A stretch of DNA of 64,000 bases from Camelus dromedarius (lineage: Eukaryota): assembly GCF_036321535.1 (NCBI RefSeq), contig NC_087437.1:9736001-9800000 (forward strand), written 5' to 3'. Shown here piece after piece: positions 49,681 to 63,815 of this stretch; position 1 is the first letter of the stretch; every line of letters begins with the position of its first letter. Made by a program: the position numbers and the translations under genes. The notes under the pieces were generated by a model. The model saw only the letters and a program-made list of their open reading frames with translations. It ran no database searches and was not told the DNA's origin.

Positions 49681-52600
49681 TACAAACCATATATATACAT
49701 GTGCTGTTATTCAACATGAATTGATTATGTGTGAAGGAAATTAAAACATTTTAATAACCCAAAATAAAACACTGGGGAACAGACACAGAAATTATGTACT
49801 GAATCATAAAGATATGAGAAAATTTAAACAATGATCCAGAAAAGAGAACCACAATGAATGAAGAACTCCTAATATCTGGATTTGACAAGTTCACCTCGTT
49901 TAAAAGGTTTAAGACGTAAGATTCAGTCTAAAGATAGAAAAGGGACTTCTGCTGATTTCACATTTCCAAGGAAGAGGACAATAGTGCTCTCAATTTGTGG
50001 TGTTTGAGGCAACCACTGATATATGCAGCCAAGACATATGAAACTTGATTTGTGAAAGGACATTCAGCGAGAGACAGCTTCAGGATAATTGATGACCTGG
50101 TACTAACCGTATTGTGAAAGAGAGCTCTAACTCTCTTATACACAGGAAATAATTGAGGAGTCTTTGTTTGTACAAATAAACCTTCAGGGAATGGGTATTT
50201 GAAAATGAGAGAGAAGTTGGGCTTTGTTGTATCATTGAATTGCAAGTGTTTGTAAAGCAAGGGAATAACAAAAAGTTTATCTCAACAAAAACGCTGCTTT
50301 GGCATGTTGAAAATCTTTTTTTAAGATTCTTCATACTGTTTTTCTTTCTTGTATTTCATGCTAACACAAAATTTAAACAAACAACCACGTATTTGTATTA
50401 CGATTATTAAAATATATACTTGACAGCAAAACCCAGCAAGAAAGCACACATTTCATAAAGAGGTAAACAACTCAACAAATATTTTTCTCTTGGGCTTCAT
50501 GTAAGAGAAATTGCTATCTTCCTCCATCACTAACTTCCTTCTCTTAAGTTAGATTTTACTATTTCTTTTAAATAGAAAATGGTGGTTTTAAAATTTACCA
50601 TATTGTCCTCAGGCTACATATAAATTGTCGGAAAGACAGAGAAAGGCTTTCAACTTACTTGAATTGAAGTATGTAAAAATTGAAGGAAGTACAAACTTCC
50701 TTGTTGTGGTAAATTTCATCGTCTTCCTTAGCGACTGTCAAATTATGAATTCTGCACAATCTACTTCTCGTCAACATATCTCATGATCATTGACAGTTAC
50801 AAGTATCACTTTTCCTTGGCCAGATCTCACCTGCCTTGCCTCTCTTCTGAAATTTCTGATAAGCCCAGAATTTCTTAGTTCTGATTTGGGGGAAAAAATC
50901 AGCAAACAAAAGACACAATCCCATAATCTTATTTCCACATTATTTTATTACATGAAGCCCCTCACCCTGCTTTTCTCTCTCTTTGTTTCTCCAAGCTAAA
51001 ATTGTTTGCCCAGTGTAGATTGCATTTTACATCTCAGATCAGGGAAATGAGTAGAAGGAAATGCAGAAGTTATAAATAACATGATTTGAATGTTTTATTC
51101 AATGCATACTTAAACAGGCAGCATCAGTAACAACACTGATTGACAACAGCGCTGAACACAAGGGCTATCCGGAAAGGAGTGTTTGCCCCCGCAAAAGAAT
51201 AAGATGCTTGGTATGGAAATATTCAAAGTTCAAATTGCCATTAGCGGGTTCCAGATAGTCAAGGAATAGGATTGCTGACTCCAAGTTTAGCATGACTAAA
51301 GCATGTCCACATTCTTTCAAGCAGAGAAGAACTATGCTAATCCTGGAAATCATGTCCTACCATCATCCTCATTGTTCAGCTGGGAAAACTAAAGCCCAAC
51401 ATGTTAAATAAATTTTCTGAAACAAGACAGCTTTTTAAAGCCAGAGTTCTGACTTACATGCGGTATGGCTTACAGCAAGGCCAAGAACTGAAGAGGATTA
51501 ATACAAAGATATGCATATATGTGAGGTAGAGGCAGAATTTATGAATTCTATTTTAAATAGGAAGCAGGATAAAATGCAGAGGTTTATGGAAAGAGGCTCA
51601 AATCATAACAGCAATAATGAATATTTAACATCATGGATATTTATTATATACTAGAAACTCTTTTAAGACTTCCCCTGGCCTGATGTCTTTAATCATCAAT
51701 GAAACCCTCAGGAACAGTAATCCTCTGATTCTATAGGTGGAGGCCGTGGACAGAAGGTCACAGCAAGGTCAGATCATGTAATAAGAAGCTGTCAAAGAGG
51801 GAGCTGGAACCTCTAGAACCCATTCCTGACCATCATGACCATCACGACCCTTACAGCACACAGCCTGGAAATTTCACATTGGAGGAGTTCGATTAGGGAA
51901 GCAACAGACAGAGATTAGCTCATTTTTTATTCCTTCTCAGTCATGGGAAGATGATAGAGTCAGTTGAGAGATGCTTTAAAAACACGTTTTGCTTCCTTCC
52001 TGTTTTCACCCTTAAAGTTTAAAAAGCATCCAAATATTTTCCTACTTTTCTAGCCATAAAGTCTTTACTTATATATAAAAAAGGGAACATGGCTATCCTA
52101 ATAAAAAAAATATAAAAATCATTTTAATCTGATAATTTTGACAAAGTAGAATTATTTTCACAGTTCCCCCTTTTGAACTTAAATGTAAGGAAAATCAGTT
52201 GCTAATCAGAGGAAAATATATACAAAAAAACCCCACAAATAAACAACAATAAAGTGGCTATGTTTGACCAATTGAGATATTAAGTGAGGCCTTACAAAAT
52301 GAGTCTAAATGTTCTATTGATGGCTTTTGCACCAATTTTTTTCAGGCTTTCTTTCCTATTTGACTCAGCAAACTGGGAACCTGGAAGATCTCAGACTGAT
52401 GACGCATCTTCTCTCCTAGATTTATTTCACTTTATTTACTATATATAAGAAGAGTTAACCACTGACACTTGACTGTGGTGATGGAAGGACTAACCAAATG
52501 AAAATACAACATATAAGGAACTTCATGGTAGAGCCTATTAATAAACTTTACTGACAGCATTGTTCCTGGCTTCTGATACTCATCTTGTGAAAGGTCTTTG

Positions 52601-55194
52601 GAAACAGTTGGTAGGGCATCACTGGGATGAGCTCAGATTCAGCCATGTCTCCTTTGTCTCAGAAGCCGGTGGGGGGACTTTTCAAAGAGATGGCAGAAAA
52701 TGGTAGCAGAATCTCCTGGTGCTGTCAGGGAAGGTGTGTCTGGGTGAGGAGAGCTTCAGCAAGGGCTCTGGGGTCTTGAAATTACTTCTTGTGCATGACA
52801 GCCTTCTGACAGTGTTGTCGACCGTCAGATGAGGGGTGATGAGCAGTTTCCAAAATTTACAAGCTGGCAAAACCAAAGAAAGAGTCGAGCTGCATCACAA
52901 TACTTAAAGCCAAAAAGGATCCTAGAGATTCAGGTGATGGCTTTGTAAGGAGATATCAGGGAATCTTTGTTGCCAGTTCTGTAATGTTTGTCGCCAGCTT
53001 ATGGTTCCACTTGCAAATTCCAAGGTGATCCCCACGTTATGAGACTGTAACTGTTAAGTGTCTCAGTCTTTGATGGGGCCACCTGGAGTCATTGACAATG
53101 GTACTAGGGTGGAGAAATGCAGGCCATAAAAGCATCCTGCCTCTCAGATCCATTCAGGCAGCCCCTACTATTTACTCAAGGTACACTGTGAACAAAGCAT
53201 GGTGCTGTATGTATCCTGGGAGAGTTACAGAAAGAAGTTATGACTCCTTCCATAGAAAACCTCAAAGTCACAAAATAGAAAGCTTCTGACAGACATGTCA
53301 CAAATGCTCCCATTCACGTTTAGTCTCATAAATACAAATTAAATAAGCTGTTAAAATGAACTTACCAGTGGAAGCTAATTAAAAAGACTGGCGAATACAA
53401 CAGGAGTCAATCCAACTCTAGAGTCTACCAACACTTTGAAGGCATCGTATTTAGTAAAAGTATTGTGTCTATTATTAATGCTCTTAAATTCCTCTATTCT
53501 ACATCTGGTATTATGTTATTTGTATTAGTATATTTTTATAATTAAGTCAGTTTGAGGAGGAAAAGTATAAATATGAACTATGAGCAAACCACTTTCTTTT
53601 CTGTTTATTGGCAAATTATTTGGTAGTTTTCCATGACTATTATAAGTATTGCAGAAATAATTTTATTTCCTCACATTTTTTTTTGAGTATGCTAGCAAAA
53701 AAAATCAAGTTATTGCTGACTCTACCATCATGCTCCTAAGGAAAGTCATTTACTTGGTTTTCCTTTGTGATTTAATCTTCAATAAAACAATGATTTCTCT
53801 CTCTTTTTTTTTCACGTAAGTAAGCAACAGTACAAATATACACACATAAAAGCCAACTCAGGATATATGTGGCAATTATAAAGCAATTATATATTCAGCC
53901 TTACTGTTGAGGGGGTATAAACATAAATATTCATTTCAGAAGGTTAACTGTTTACCATAGTAGTGGGACATGGGTAATTTCTATTCTGAAGTTTTAGGCT
54001 TCTTGACAACTCCTTTATCCATAATTATATTGTGTTATATTCAATTAAGAGTATTACACGCTGGATCATATTTCTACTAAGTAGATCATATATCTACTAA
54101 GATGTCTTGAATGAAAGAAATCTACAGGAAACTAAAGAGCTAATTCTGAACAATATGTATCAATCAACCCCTAAGAAAAAATTCTGGGGAGGGAGTCATT
54201 GAGTGGTAATTATACTGCTTAATATTCATTTACAGACCTGCATTAATAATCAGTAAGTTATATCTCCAAATGTTAACTACATATCATGGTTTTACATTCA
54301 CTGTTAATTTAAGAAGCTAATGTTTTAACGGGGATAAATATTTTTCTATTTCAGAAAGCATGAAAAATAATAAAATATCTATAATAATCCTCTTTTTGTA
54401 TCTCTGAAGCAGTAGAGGCATCCACAAGTGAACTGAAACTTGGAAAAGTCTAGTTATATGTAACATTAATGAGTGTAAGGGCTTAGTCAGTTAAAACATA
54501 TTTACTGATCACCCAAAGAAGCCAGAAACCTATGTGAGAAGAACATGTTTGGATTCTAAAATACTATATTAAGAAAGAGACAATTTAGGTTAAGAAAACA
54601 CATGGTTCTTGATCTCAAGAAGCATAAAATCTACTGGAATGAAATAGATATGCATAAAATCAATATAAATAAGATGTGTCTAGCATTTGATTTTTACTAC
54701 ACATATTTTTCAGAAATTAACTCTTGTCAATGCACAATAGCCTTATATTAAGAAGTAATTCCACTTCTGCCCCACCCAGCCAAACCATTTTCCTTTGCCT
54801 CTGCTCAATTCACACTTTATGTTCTAGCCATAAGGCTCTATCCATAAGGAACAAGAACTTGTCCCCTCATATCTCTGGATTTATTCACTTGAAAGCAGAC
54901 TAATACACCCAAAATCAATGCATTGAATTACAAATTTACTAAACATCAATTTCAGCAAATAATCAATTCAGTAAAATTATAAAACTCACTAAGTAGGCAT
55001 CCATAACCAAAATGCATTTATGTTAGTGGTATTGAAAGGATGATATCTGTTAAAACAAGTTTTGATAATAGGCAGGCTTGGAAAATGGATTTTTTTTGCT
55101 GAACTGGCTTTTTGACAAATTGTTCTTTTTGACAGTTGATCATCAAATGGACTCAGATCCTGAATTTTATCACTCCCTATATGGCTGTCCCCAC

Positions 55195-55468
55195 ATTTCT
55201 CAATCTGGCTAACTTCTACTCATCTTTTAATAGATGGCTTATCTCCCACTTGTTTTTCCAGGAAATCTTTTGAGCCCCCTCCATACTCCTCATATAGGCA
55301 CCTTGTGCTACCCAGCTGAAGAACTGATTTCAGGAGATTCAAAGTGTGTACAGAGTTGTCAGTCTCAGTAGACCATAAATTCCTTAAAAGAAAGGACTGT
55401 ATCTTATTCATCATTCTATTTCTAGCACATCTCAGATGCTCAATAAAGCGTTTGGTGACTGAATGAAT
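55195..55468 (+). mobile_element. L2 3' end
   Basis: ggctaacttctactcatcttt...ataaattccttaaaagaaaggactgtatctt...gctcaataaa...tgaatgaat terminal repeat. Confidence 0.75.
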
Positions 55469-56079
55469 ATTCTCAATTTCACAATGACTGGGCAACTAAA
55501 TGAATGTCCTGAATATGTAAACATCAGTGGCCACGTTTCTTATCTTGGTCTCCCACTTCTTCAGATAATCTGGTTCCCTGAACTCTCTTGCACAGTCAGT
55601 GGGTCTCGGAACGTCCCCCCAGAGATTGCAGTTCATTTGTGTCACAGGTGGGCAGCTGACCTAAACCAGGACAATCTGATTCTATCCCATCAGCAACTGG
55701 AATTTACATTCAGAGACAAGACTTGGTGTTTCCTGTGGGTGGCTGACCTAGGAGGGGATCAGAGTAGGAGCCATTGTGTGCATTCTTCCTGAATATGATC
55801 CTGAGAAATCAGATCTACAAAGAAAGCAGAATGAAGTCTTGGGGCAGAAAGAAATATGGGGAAAGATCAGGAGAGAGGGTAGGAAAACAGAATGATGGAG
55901 ACAGTGGGGCAGAGATTGGGAGTGGGCAAGAAGGTTCCATTGGTTCCTAAATGTCTTATATTTTGAGGACATACTTTTCTAAAGACTTCACAGAATTCTT
56001 GTACAAGAGTCTTTAAGACGCTCTATATACGTCCTTTAAATTCCCTTGTCTCCCTTTTCCTTTCTAAATCTAGTTTGTG

Positions 56080-56200
56080 TTTTTTAACTATTTATTTATT
56101 TATATCTGACTATTTTTTTTAATGGAGTTACTGGGGACTGAACCCAGGACCTTGAGCATGCTAAGCATGTGCTCTACCACTGAGCTATTATCCACACCCC
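56080..56200 (-). mobile_element. tRNA-Ala-derived camelid SINE (Vic-1-like)
   Basis: Reverse strand reads atagctcagtggtagagcacatgcttagcatgctcaaggtcctgggttcagtccccagtaactcca plus an A-rich tail; Pol III A and B boxes present. Confidence 0.85.
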
Positions 56201-57456
56201 CAACTATGTTTTTAGTTCAACTAAATGATCCCTGGCTCTGGCAGCAGATACCTAAGCAAAGTGTTCCATCCAGAATTCTCCAATTTTCTCATCCCTGCAA
56301 ATCCTCTTCAGACATGAGGTGATTACATCTGCACAACTGGTAACTGTCTAAGACGTGGCGGCAACAGAGAAGAAGTGACATTCACACAGCATCACTATAG
56401 CATCACTAGCTCTCTTCTCTGCAAACCTGTATTTTCTTTATTTAAGGAAGGTCTGGCAGGCTCCTGCTCAGTTATTCCCAACGGGCAGCAAGACACAGAG
56501 GAAGAGGAAGACGAGATGCGTAGAAGAAGGACCATCAAATACTGCATCATCCTGCGACCTACCCCTGCTCAGCTTCCACTCCCCCATCTACCAATCCCTG
56601 CTCCACAAAAGGACAAAAACCATGCAAAGCTTCTATGCCTCCATCTCGTCCTGCCATCTGGCTACATTGCTATATGCTTGTGTCTTCCTGTAATGATTTT
56701 TCAATCAAGAAGTTTGGAGGAAAAAAAAGAAACTGATTAGACCAGATCAAGGGGCTTTGATCCACCTGTTATAAGGTAATAAATCGTTGACCTTTCGGAA
56801 ACACATTAGTGATGCTTCACTTAAGAGATTCTCTTTTCTTGGAACTAATATGTCTCTAAAATGTCAGGCTTTCTTCCCTCATCATTAAGCAAATCAGCCT
56901 TAATATGTTTCCCTTTCAAGTGACTATTTTAAATAAGTCAAAAAGGCCATTTCTAATGTCAATATAAAGAAGATTTAGGCGGGAAAACGTAAAGGCCATT
57001 AAAAGTTCATCTTAGGATTAACTAATGTATGAGTCTTGTTTTTTAATAATTATAAAGGTAAAGTTAGAGCAAAGCTAAGAGTATAGAACTATTCAAACTA
57101 ACAGCATCAAATTGATCTCTTATTTATAGCCCTTCTTAACTAGGTTAAGATACATCCAAATTGATTACATTAACTAGGAAAAGAACGTTAATTTGGAACA
57201 AATAAGAAATTGTTTAAACATAATGCTTAGATTGCATTTATTTGGAGGTAGTGAGTAAGTTGCTAACTGAAATATTTTTCTTCAGTTGCTGCTGAATAGA
57301 ATGCAAGTTCATTAGTCAAAGTTTATAAATCTCGTTCTTTTCAGAAAATTTCTTTTATATGGAAAGGAACAGATATAATTACAGGAAATTTGTCACACGA
57401 CACTCTAATTGGTAAACTGTAATAATGTCATAGTTTAGCTTGGTAATAATCTAAGG

Positions 57457-57668
57457 CAGGGGTTGACAAATATTTTCCATCAAAGGCTACATAGTAAACA
57501 TTGTAGATTTATGGGCCATATACAATATCTGTTTCACAACCTTCTCTCTTTATTGTTTGTATCTGTTTGTATTTACAAGCTTTTGAAAATGTGAAAGCCA
57601 TCCTCAGCTCACGGGCAGTACCAAAACAAGCCATAGACCATCTTTGCTCCATAAGCCCACATTCGTTG
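57457..57668. mobile_element. MER58-like hAT-Charlie MITE
   Basis: caggggttgacaaatattttccatcaaaggctacatagtaaacatt...tgggccata...ccatcctcagctcacgggcagtaccaaaacaagcc. Confidence 0.75.
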
Positions 57669-59734
57669 CTCTAAAGCAAATGGATGATTCGGTGGTCACA
57701 TGACCGGATACAGTTTCCCTCTGGAGGGAAAATACTGTGAGTATCTCACATTAACGCTGGCTCCTAATTGGAAAAACCCCGCTAACTTAGAGCCCGTCAC
57801 TGACAAAGCAGTGGGTATGCACTGCAGATATCGGGATGAATCAGCCTTAGATCCCACATTCAAAGTTAGCATGGCAAGTTGATTTCACCCCACCTCTCAA
57901 AGTGTAACACAAGGTAGAAAGAAACACTTGTCACGAGGAAGCCTCAGGCCATCAGTGTCGGAAATACATTGTTTATTAGGTCACCGTGACTCCAAAGGTT
58001 TCAGAAGACACATTTTCCGTGGACCAGACTCTGGTCCTCGGTAAGGAAGGCAGTCTCTGCAGTGTACCAGAGGTGAGAAATCTCAGTGTGCATTAAGTAC
58101 AATCATAAGAGACCGATTGCAGTCCCAAATATCAAATGCTTGTATCTCTGTGGCCTGAGTATTCTCTGGTCCTTAGGCAGATTTATTGGGAAAGCCAGTT
58201 TATAAAGCAAAAGTTGCTTGGCTATTATGGAATTAGAGCGAGAGGAATTCGGTTTTTGAGTCAGATTTTTCAATTATTAAGAACCATTCCATCAAACACG
58301 GAGTATACCTGCCAAAGGCGAAGACTGGACGGCTCTGTAGGTCAGAGCTAAGGAGCTTTTGCCAGTTCTGTTTCTATGACCTTGCAATGTTCTCTGTTCC
58401 AGGCAAAATACCTTCCTTCTGACTGACTCTGTCTTCTCCCTTTATCTCCTCTGACTCACTTACACTCTTTAGCCCTTAAAGTTACACCATTTCTTCTGAA
58501 ACAGCTTAGATCTTTAAGCAGACTCTGCCTTTGATCACTCTTTCTTTTTGCCAAAATCATTTTCTCCTTACAGTAAAAGAATTTTTAAAATATTTATAAA
58601 ATATGATAATTTGATTAAAAATTTGATAAATATGTCGAGAATTCCATAAATATAAACATTCCTTTAGTTTTGAATTTATGGCTCAGACTTTTACGGCTGT
58701 CTTGTCCACAACACTACCCTTGTGGATAAGGTCTTATGGGACTCCAAAAGAGTGCCAAGCCCTTCTTGTCTTAAGTCCCGGAAGGTACAGCTCATGATGG
58801 CAGTGACTCTGGAGATAGGTCTTTAAAGATAAGTCACATCCTTCATGAAGACCTAGGCGTGAGGAGGTTAGGGTTTCAGGTAGAAGGAAATCTTGAGCAT
58901 TGATTCAGATGTGAAAACACACAAGGAAAATATGTGGAGAATCAACGAAATTCCTTAACTTTCAGGTATTTAGGTTATTTCAAATGAACGTACATCCACT
59001 ATTATTATTTCCCACAGATCCAGTGTTAGGAGAAACACCAGGTCAAGAACGGAAACACTTTGCCAAATTGTTTACCAACAGTCTGTCCAAATTTACAAGA
59101 CTGACATACTCGATAAATGTAAAAATATTACCCATATCTCTTCAATACTGAGTATATGGAGGCCAAATTGACAAGTAGTATTTTGCTTTAATTTGCAATG
59201 ATTTGACTTCAAGGGAAGACGGTCTTTTCTCCTTGTTTCTGTTATTTATGGCTCTTCTTTCGTGAACTGCGTGTTCACATTATTTACCTATTTTTTGATT
59301 GAAATGTTTATTCATATTTATTTCCAAGAGCCTTTCAGATGACAGCAATATTGTTATCTAACTTTTATGTTTATTTAAATATTTTTCCAGAGTTGCCATT
59401 TGCCCCCTTTTTTTTTTCTTTTACTTTCCTGGTTCAGAAAAAAATTACATCTATGTAGTTAAACCTTAATTAACTGAGTTATTATGATTTCTTTTATTGC
59501 TTCCATGTTAAAAATTCCTCTCTATCTCAAAATTTAGTGTTTGTCCATAATTTTCTCCCACGCCTTTATTCTATGTTTTTACTTCTTCACATAAACTCTT
59601 CAAATGATCAAAACTAATATTTCTATGAGCGGTCAACTTTCAACATCGTAAGTTTTTACCCTCCTGATAATTCTTTATTGCTCTCAAGAAGATTTTTTAA
59701 ATATATATTTTTGTCCAGAATTTGTTGCCCGTAG

Positions 59735-60665
59735 TGCAAGGACTCACCTGAATTATCTAGTCAGCCATTATTACTAAGGCCCCAGTTTTTTTCCACTTAA
59801 AAAAAAAAATCTTGAAGACTAATGTTCCCCTCAGCTTAGCTAAACTTTTAAGTTTCTTCTTGACTGTAGGTCTCCAACCTCGCTTTTCTTAGAGAATGTC
59901 TCCTTTAAAATGTGCATCTTCTCCCAGCCTCTTGCCAGATTTGCAACCCAGGAATAGTCTTGCAAGGTCCTGGGGGCCATTCCTTTGGAAATTAACCATC
60001 AAGAAAGATAATGCCTTATCTTTGGAACCTAAAAAATAAAACAAACTAGTAGACATAACAAAAGAGAAGCAGACTCACAGATGTAAAGAATAAACTAGTG
60101 GTTACCAGTAGGGAGAGGAAAGGTGCGAGGGGCAAGACAGGGGTAGGGGATTAAGAGGTAAAACTATTATGTATAAAATAAATAAGCTACAAAGGTATAT
60201 TGTACTACTTAGGGAATATAGCCAATATTTTATAACTATAAATGGATCATAACTTTTTAAAAACTGTGGGTCACAATGTTGTACACCTGAAACTTATATA
60301 ATATTGTACATCAACGATACTTCAATTTAAAAAAAAGTTTAAAAAATATTCAAAGTAAAAAAACAAAAAAGAAAAAAGATGGTGTCCCTATCTCCAAGTC
60401 TCCTTGGGATGGTAAAAGTCTAACTTCGGTAAGTATCAATTAGCAGACACAGATGGCCCAATCCCAGTGACCGGCCCCCTCTCCCTCATAATATGCTCCG
60501 GTATATTCCCACTAGCTGACCCCAGTGCTCCAAAACCCTCTCACCTGTTGTTTCAATGGTGAATTGAAACATCTCGATTATAATAGCCTTGACATCCACT
60601 GCAACAGTATTGAATAAAATCTTCCTTGTCTGTTTAACTCTTTAAAGCACGATTAGTCTTTGACA
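59735..60665 (+). mobile_element. MER34-like ERV1 solo LTR interrupted by an L1 3' end
   Basis: tttgcaacccaggaat...caaggtcctgggggccattcctttggaaat; caattagcagacacagatggccc; tgAATAAAatcttcctt; ends ctttgaCA. Confidence 0.7.
60022..60372 (+). mobile_element. L1 3' end (artiodactyl type) nested in the LTR
   Basis: gaagcagactcacagat...aaactagtggttaccagtagggagagg...ggaatatagccaatatttt plus an A tail; degenerate duplicated target aagat..tg.c.tatct. Confidence 0.88.
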
Positions 60666-61344
60666 CATATTGGAGTATAAAAATAGACCTCACTCTTTTT
60701 ATTACTGAGAATTACATGATAAAAATGTATCATAATTAATAATTCCTCTTTTGAGGGGCATTTCAATTGAACATTCTCAAATCTTAAGCTACAGGCAAGG
60801 CAAATCAATGGACATAACCCAGTCAAAATATATGGTGATGAGCTGGTCTTACTGCAATTTTTTTTTTCTTGGCTGAGATACATTTTTTTCTGTTTTATGT
60901 ATCCTGGAACTGACTATGAAGGGATGTTATTCTTTGAAAATGTGAAATAAATTTGGTAGACATTTCTACAGAGATGCATCAGAAAGACTATGCTCATGAG
61001 AGAATGCTTTCAATGCTCTCCTGGTTGTTTTTCACATTTTTAGTCTTTGTTTATATTTCTTCCTCAGAGTCGCCACCATCAACGCTTTCATGTGCATTCT
61101 AGTCAGAGGACTATAAACAAGCTGAGCACTAGAGATCTGGAAATAAAAAAGTCCAAAGTATATTCTGCCCAGTCTACATGTAACTCAATCATTGATCATT
61201 TTGCCCTAATACCATTCATTTTACAACCTATTCTCCTGGTAATGCCAGGGAAAGTTGTACTTAAATTTTATAGAATTATTTTATGCTGTAAGAGACCAGG
61301 TTGCATCTTATTAATAAATGAGATCCTATTAAATAGTACTATAT

Positions 61345-61668
61345 GTCTATAATTCCTATCAGAAACTTTAAGGACTAGATATATTTTGGTATTCAGAAAT
61401 CTTGGATGTTATAAGATAATGAGGTATTATATAACACTTTCAGCTCTTCCTAGGGCAATGACTCATAATTAAACACATTTTTTAATATTTCTGCATCAAA
61501 TGGATGAATATCTGTACTAAGTAGGTTAAATAAAGATTTTTGAATAGTCTTGGTTCATCTCAAGAAATGGTCTGCCACTAAATGGGTTTTGGTAACAAAC
61601 TGATGAAAAATTTTCTGGTTTCAGAGATTTGCAGATTTTGGAATTGTAGATAAATGATTATACAGCCC
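61345..61668. mobile_element. Non-autonomous TcMar-Tigger-like element
   Basis: Degenerate inverted termini (ataattcctatcagaaac and ttggaattgtagataaatgattat); internal taatatttctgca...gaatatc...actaagt. Confidence 0.55.
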
Positions 61669-63639
61669 TTCTCCCAAGTTAGAAGTCTAAGAGTCAGTTT
61701 TTAATACCTTATTCCTCTTTTCTCACTATATTCAATGTGATGATCTAATTATCTTTCAATTTATTCTCGACTGTCACAGCCTTAATTTAGACCTGGGCAG
61801 TTATGATTATTTCCCAATAGATCTCTGACTCTAATCTACCCAATTTCAATCAGAATTTTATAGCAATAATTGCAAACATGACCATCTAAAACTAAACTGA
61901 ACATACACCCTTTCGGTTTTAACCATCCATGGAACTCATCTCCTATAGGTAAAAGTACTTGATCATCTAGATCTCTCTCCTTTCCTAGATTTTTAAAAAT
62001 ATTTTCAATACACATACCATTCCCAAGTCATATTAATCTTAGAATTTTCCATATGCACCATTATCCTTCATAGACTGCCATGTCTTCACACTTGTGGTTG
62101 CCTCTGTAAGGAATTCCATTTCACCTCTCAATCATACAAACTCTTACAGATTCATTCAACATTAAACCCCTGAAGTCCTTAACCATCCCACATCATGAAC
62201 CACCACCATCAACATCATTTTCACTAAGTATTATTTCTATGATGCTCCTATAGTTATTTGGAAGTTTCCTTGTTGTTATTGTTCACAGAATTTAATTTTT
62301 AATAATTTTTGTCCCATTACCACAAGTATGGTTTATTTGTATTCCACAAAGACATTACTAGGAAAATGTATTATTTCTCATTTTTTATTAGGAAAAAACT
62401 GGTTCTCACAGAGACAGTTAAAATAATCTCTGGAGAACAGAAAAATAAATTTCCTTTCATCTCTACATATGGTAGACTAATTTCTTCCAGAACATTGCAG
62501 CAGTAGCATGTAATCAGATCTGAAATATTTATTCACCATGCTTTCTAGCTGGAAGCAACATGCATGTGATTGTGTGTGTGTGTATGTATTATGGTATATT
62601 AGAATAATAAACTTTTTTATTTTTTACTTTATTTATAGAAGTAGTCAAATTATTATGATGAACTTTATGTATTCATTGTCCAGCTTCAACAATTACCAAT
62701 CCATGGCCAATCATATTGGATTTTCACTCTTATTCAATTCCTTACTCTGGATCTTATTTATTTTGAAGCAAATCCAAATTATCATAGCATTTCATTTATA
62801 AATATGGTAATTTGTATGGACATTAAGGTTTGATAAGCATTGCTTTGAGTGTTCTTAAGACTGAAAATTTTCACTAATTTTTCAAATTCACAGAGGCAAT
62901 TTTGATAAATGATGGTTTAATTTCATTTTGTTTTATTTTATTGAGATTTCTAATCACTTCAGGGCTTATGAGAAAATAGATTTCTTTGTAGCTGTGTGCT
63001 TTTGATCTTTTTAATAAAAAAGACAACTCATTTGTTCTTTCCAATTGTCAATAGAGACATTCTAATGGTGTGTAGTCTGCATGGCTGACAATAACTAAAT
63101 TACAGACTGGTACAAAAAGCTCGTGTGAAGATTAAAAATTTTTTTAATTTAATTTAAATGTAAATTAAATTCCTCTTTGTATGATTGATTCAATTTAAGC
63201 TTTGTCTTCTTTATTCATCAAAGCCTCAAAGATATCCATGAAAGAAATGTCTCCATGACAGTAACAGACATGAATGCCCTTGACAAATGCACAGAGAAGC
63301 CATAGGTTTTCTAGGATCTTTTTCAGACCTATTTATACCAAAGATTTCATTAACCACTTTCAATTCTGCTGACCATAGAAGCCACATAGTCTTCAGCAGC
63401 CAGTCCTAAATTTAAAAAAGAAAAAAAGTCAGTCTTAGTGGATGAATAGAATTTGTGTCCACTGATTTAGAAAATTATCACAGAAATATAAAAAGTTGTG
63501 AGGTCAAATATATTCAAATTAGGGGCCCTGAAAGGAAAAGATCATTTCTTCATATATCTCCATAAGGACAAGGACAGTAAGAAGTGAAACAATCAACTTC
63601 ACATTGAACTTGCTTTTTGGTATAGTTGGAATCGCACTG

Positions 63640-63815
63640 GACTTGCAAAACAAGAGACAGGCAGGGCAGTGCATTAGCTGTATGGACTTGGGCAAGTCAC
63701 TTACTGCTCTGAGCTTCAGTAGCTCCATCTATAAAATGGGATTAACAACATGGCTGCTGTAAAAACCAAACAAAAGAATGGATGTAAAATTGCTCTTGCA
63801 AATTATAAAACTCTT
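63640..63815 (+). mobile_element. MIR SINE
   Basis: tagctgtatggacttgggcaagtcacttactgctctgagcttcagtagctccatctataaaatggga. Confidence 0.85.

Noticed and set aside
54063..54101. Two-copy ~20-nt tandem duplication (gatcatat.tctactaag)
   Set aside because: Ordinary slippage duplication, not an array
56123..56195. tRNA-Ala gene
   Set aside because: Has A/B boxes but a degenerate acceptor stem and an A-rich tail, so it is a SINE copy
300..63728. The short ORFs in the supplied track as genes
   Set aside because: All are 142 aa or shorter. The recognisable ones are L1 ORF2 remnants (13002, 17410, 28605, 45537, 46437) or microsatellite read-throughs; the rest show no domain or exon context.
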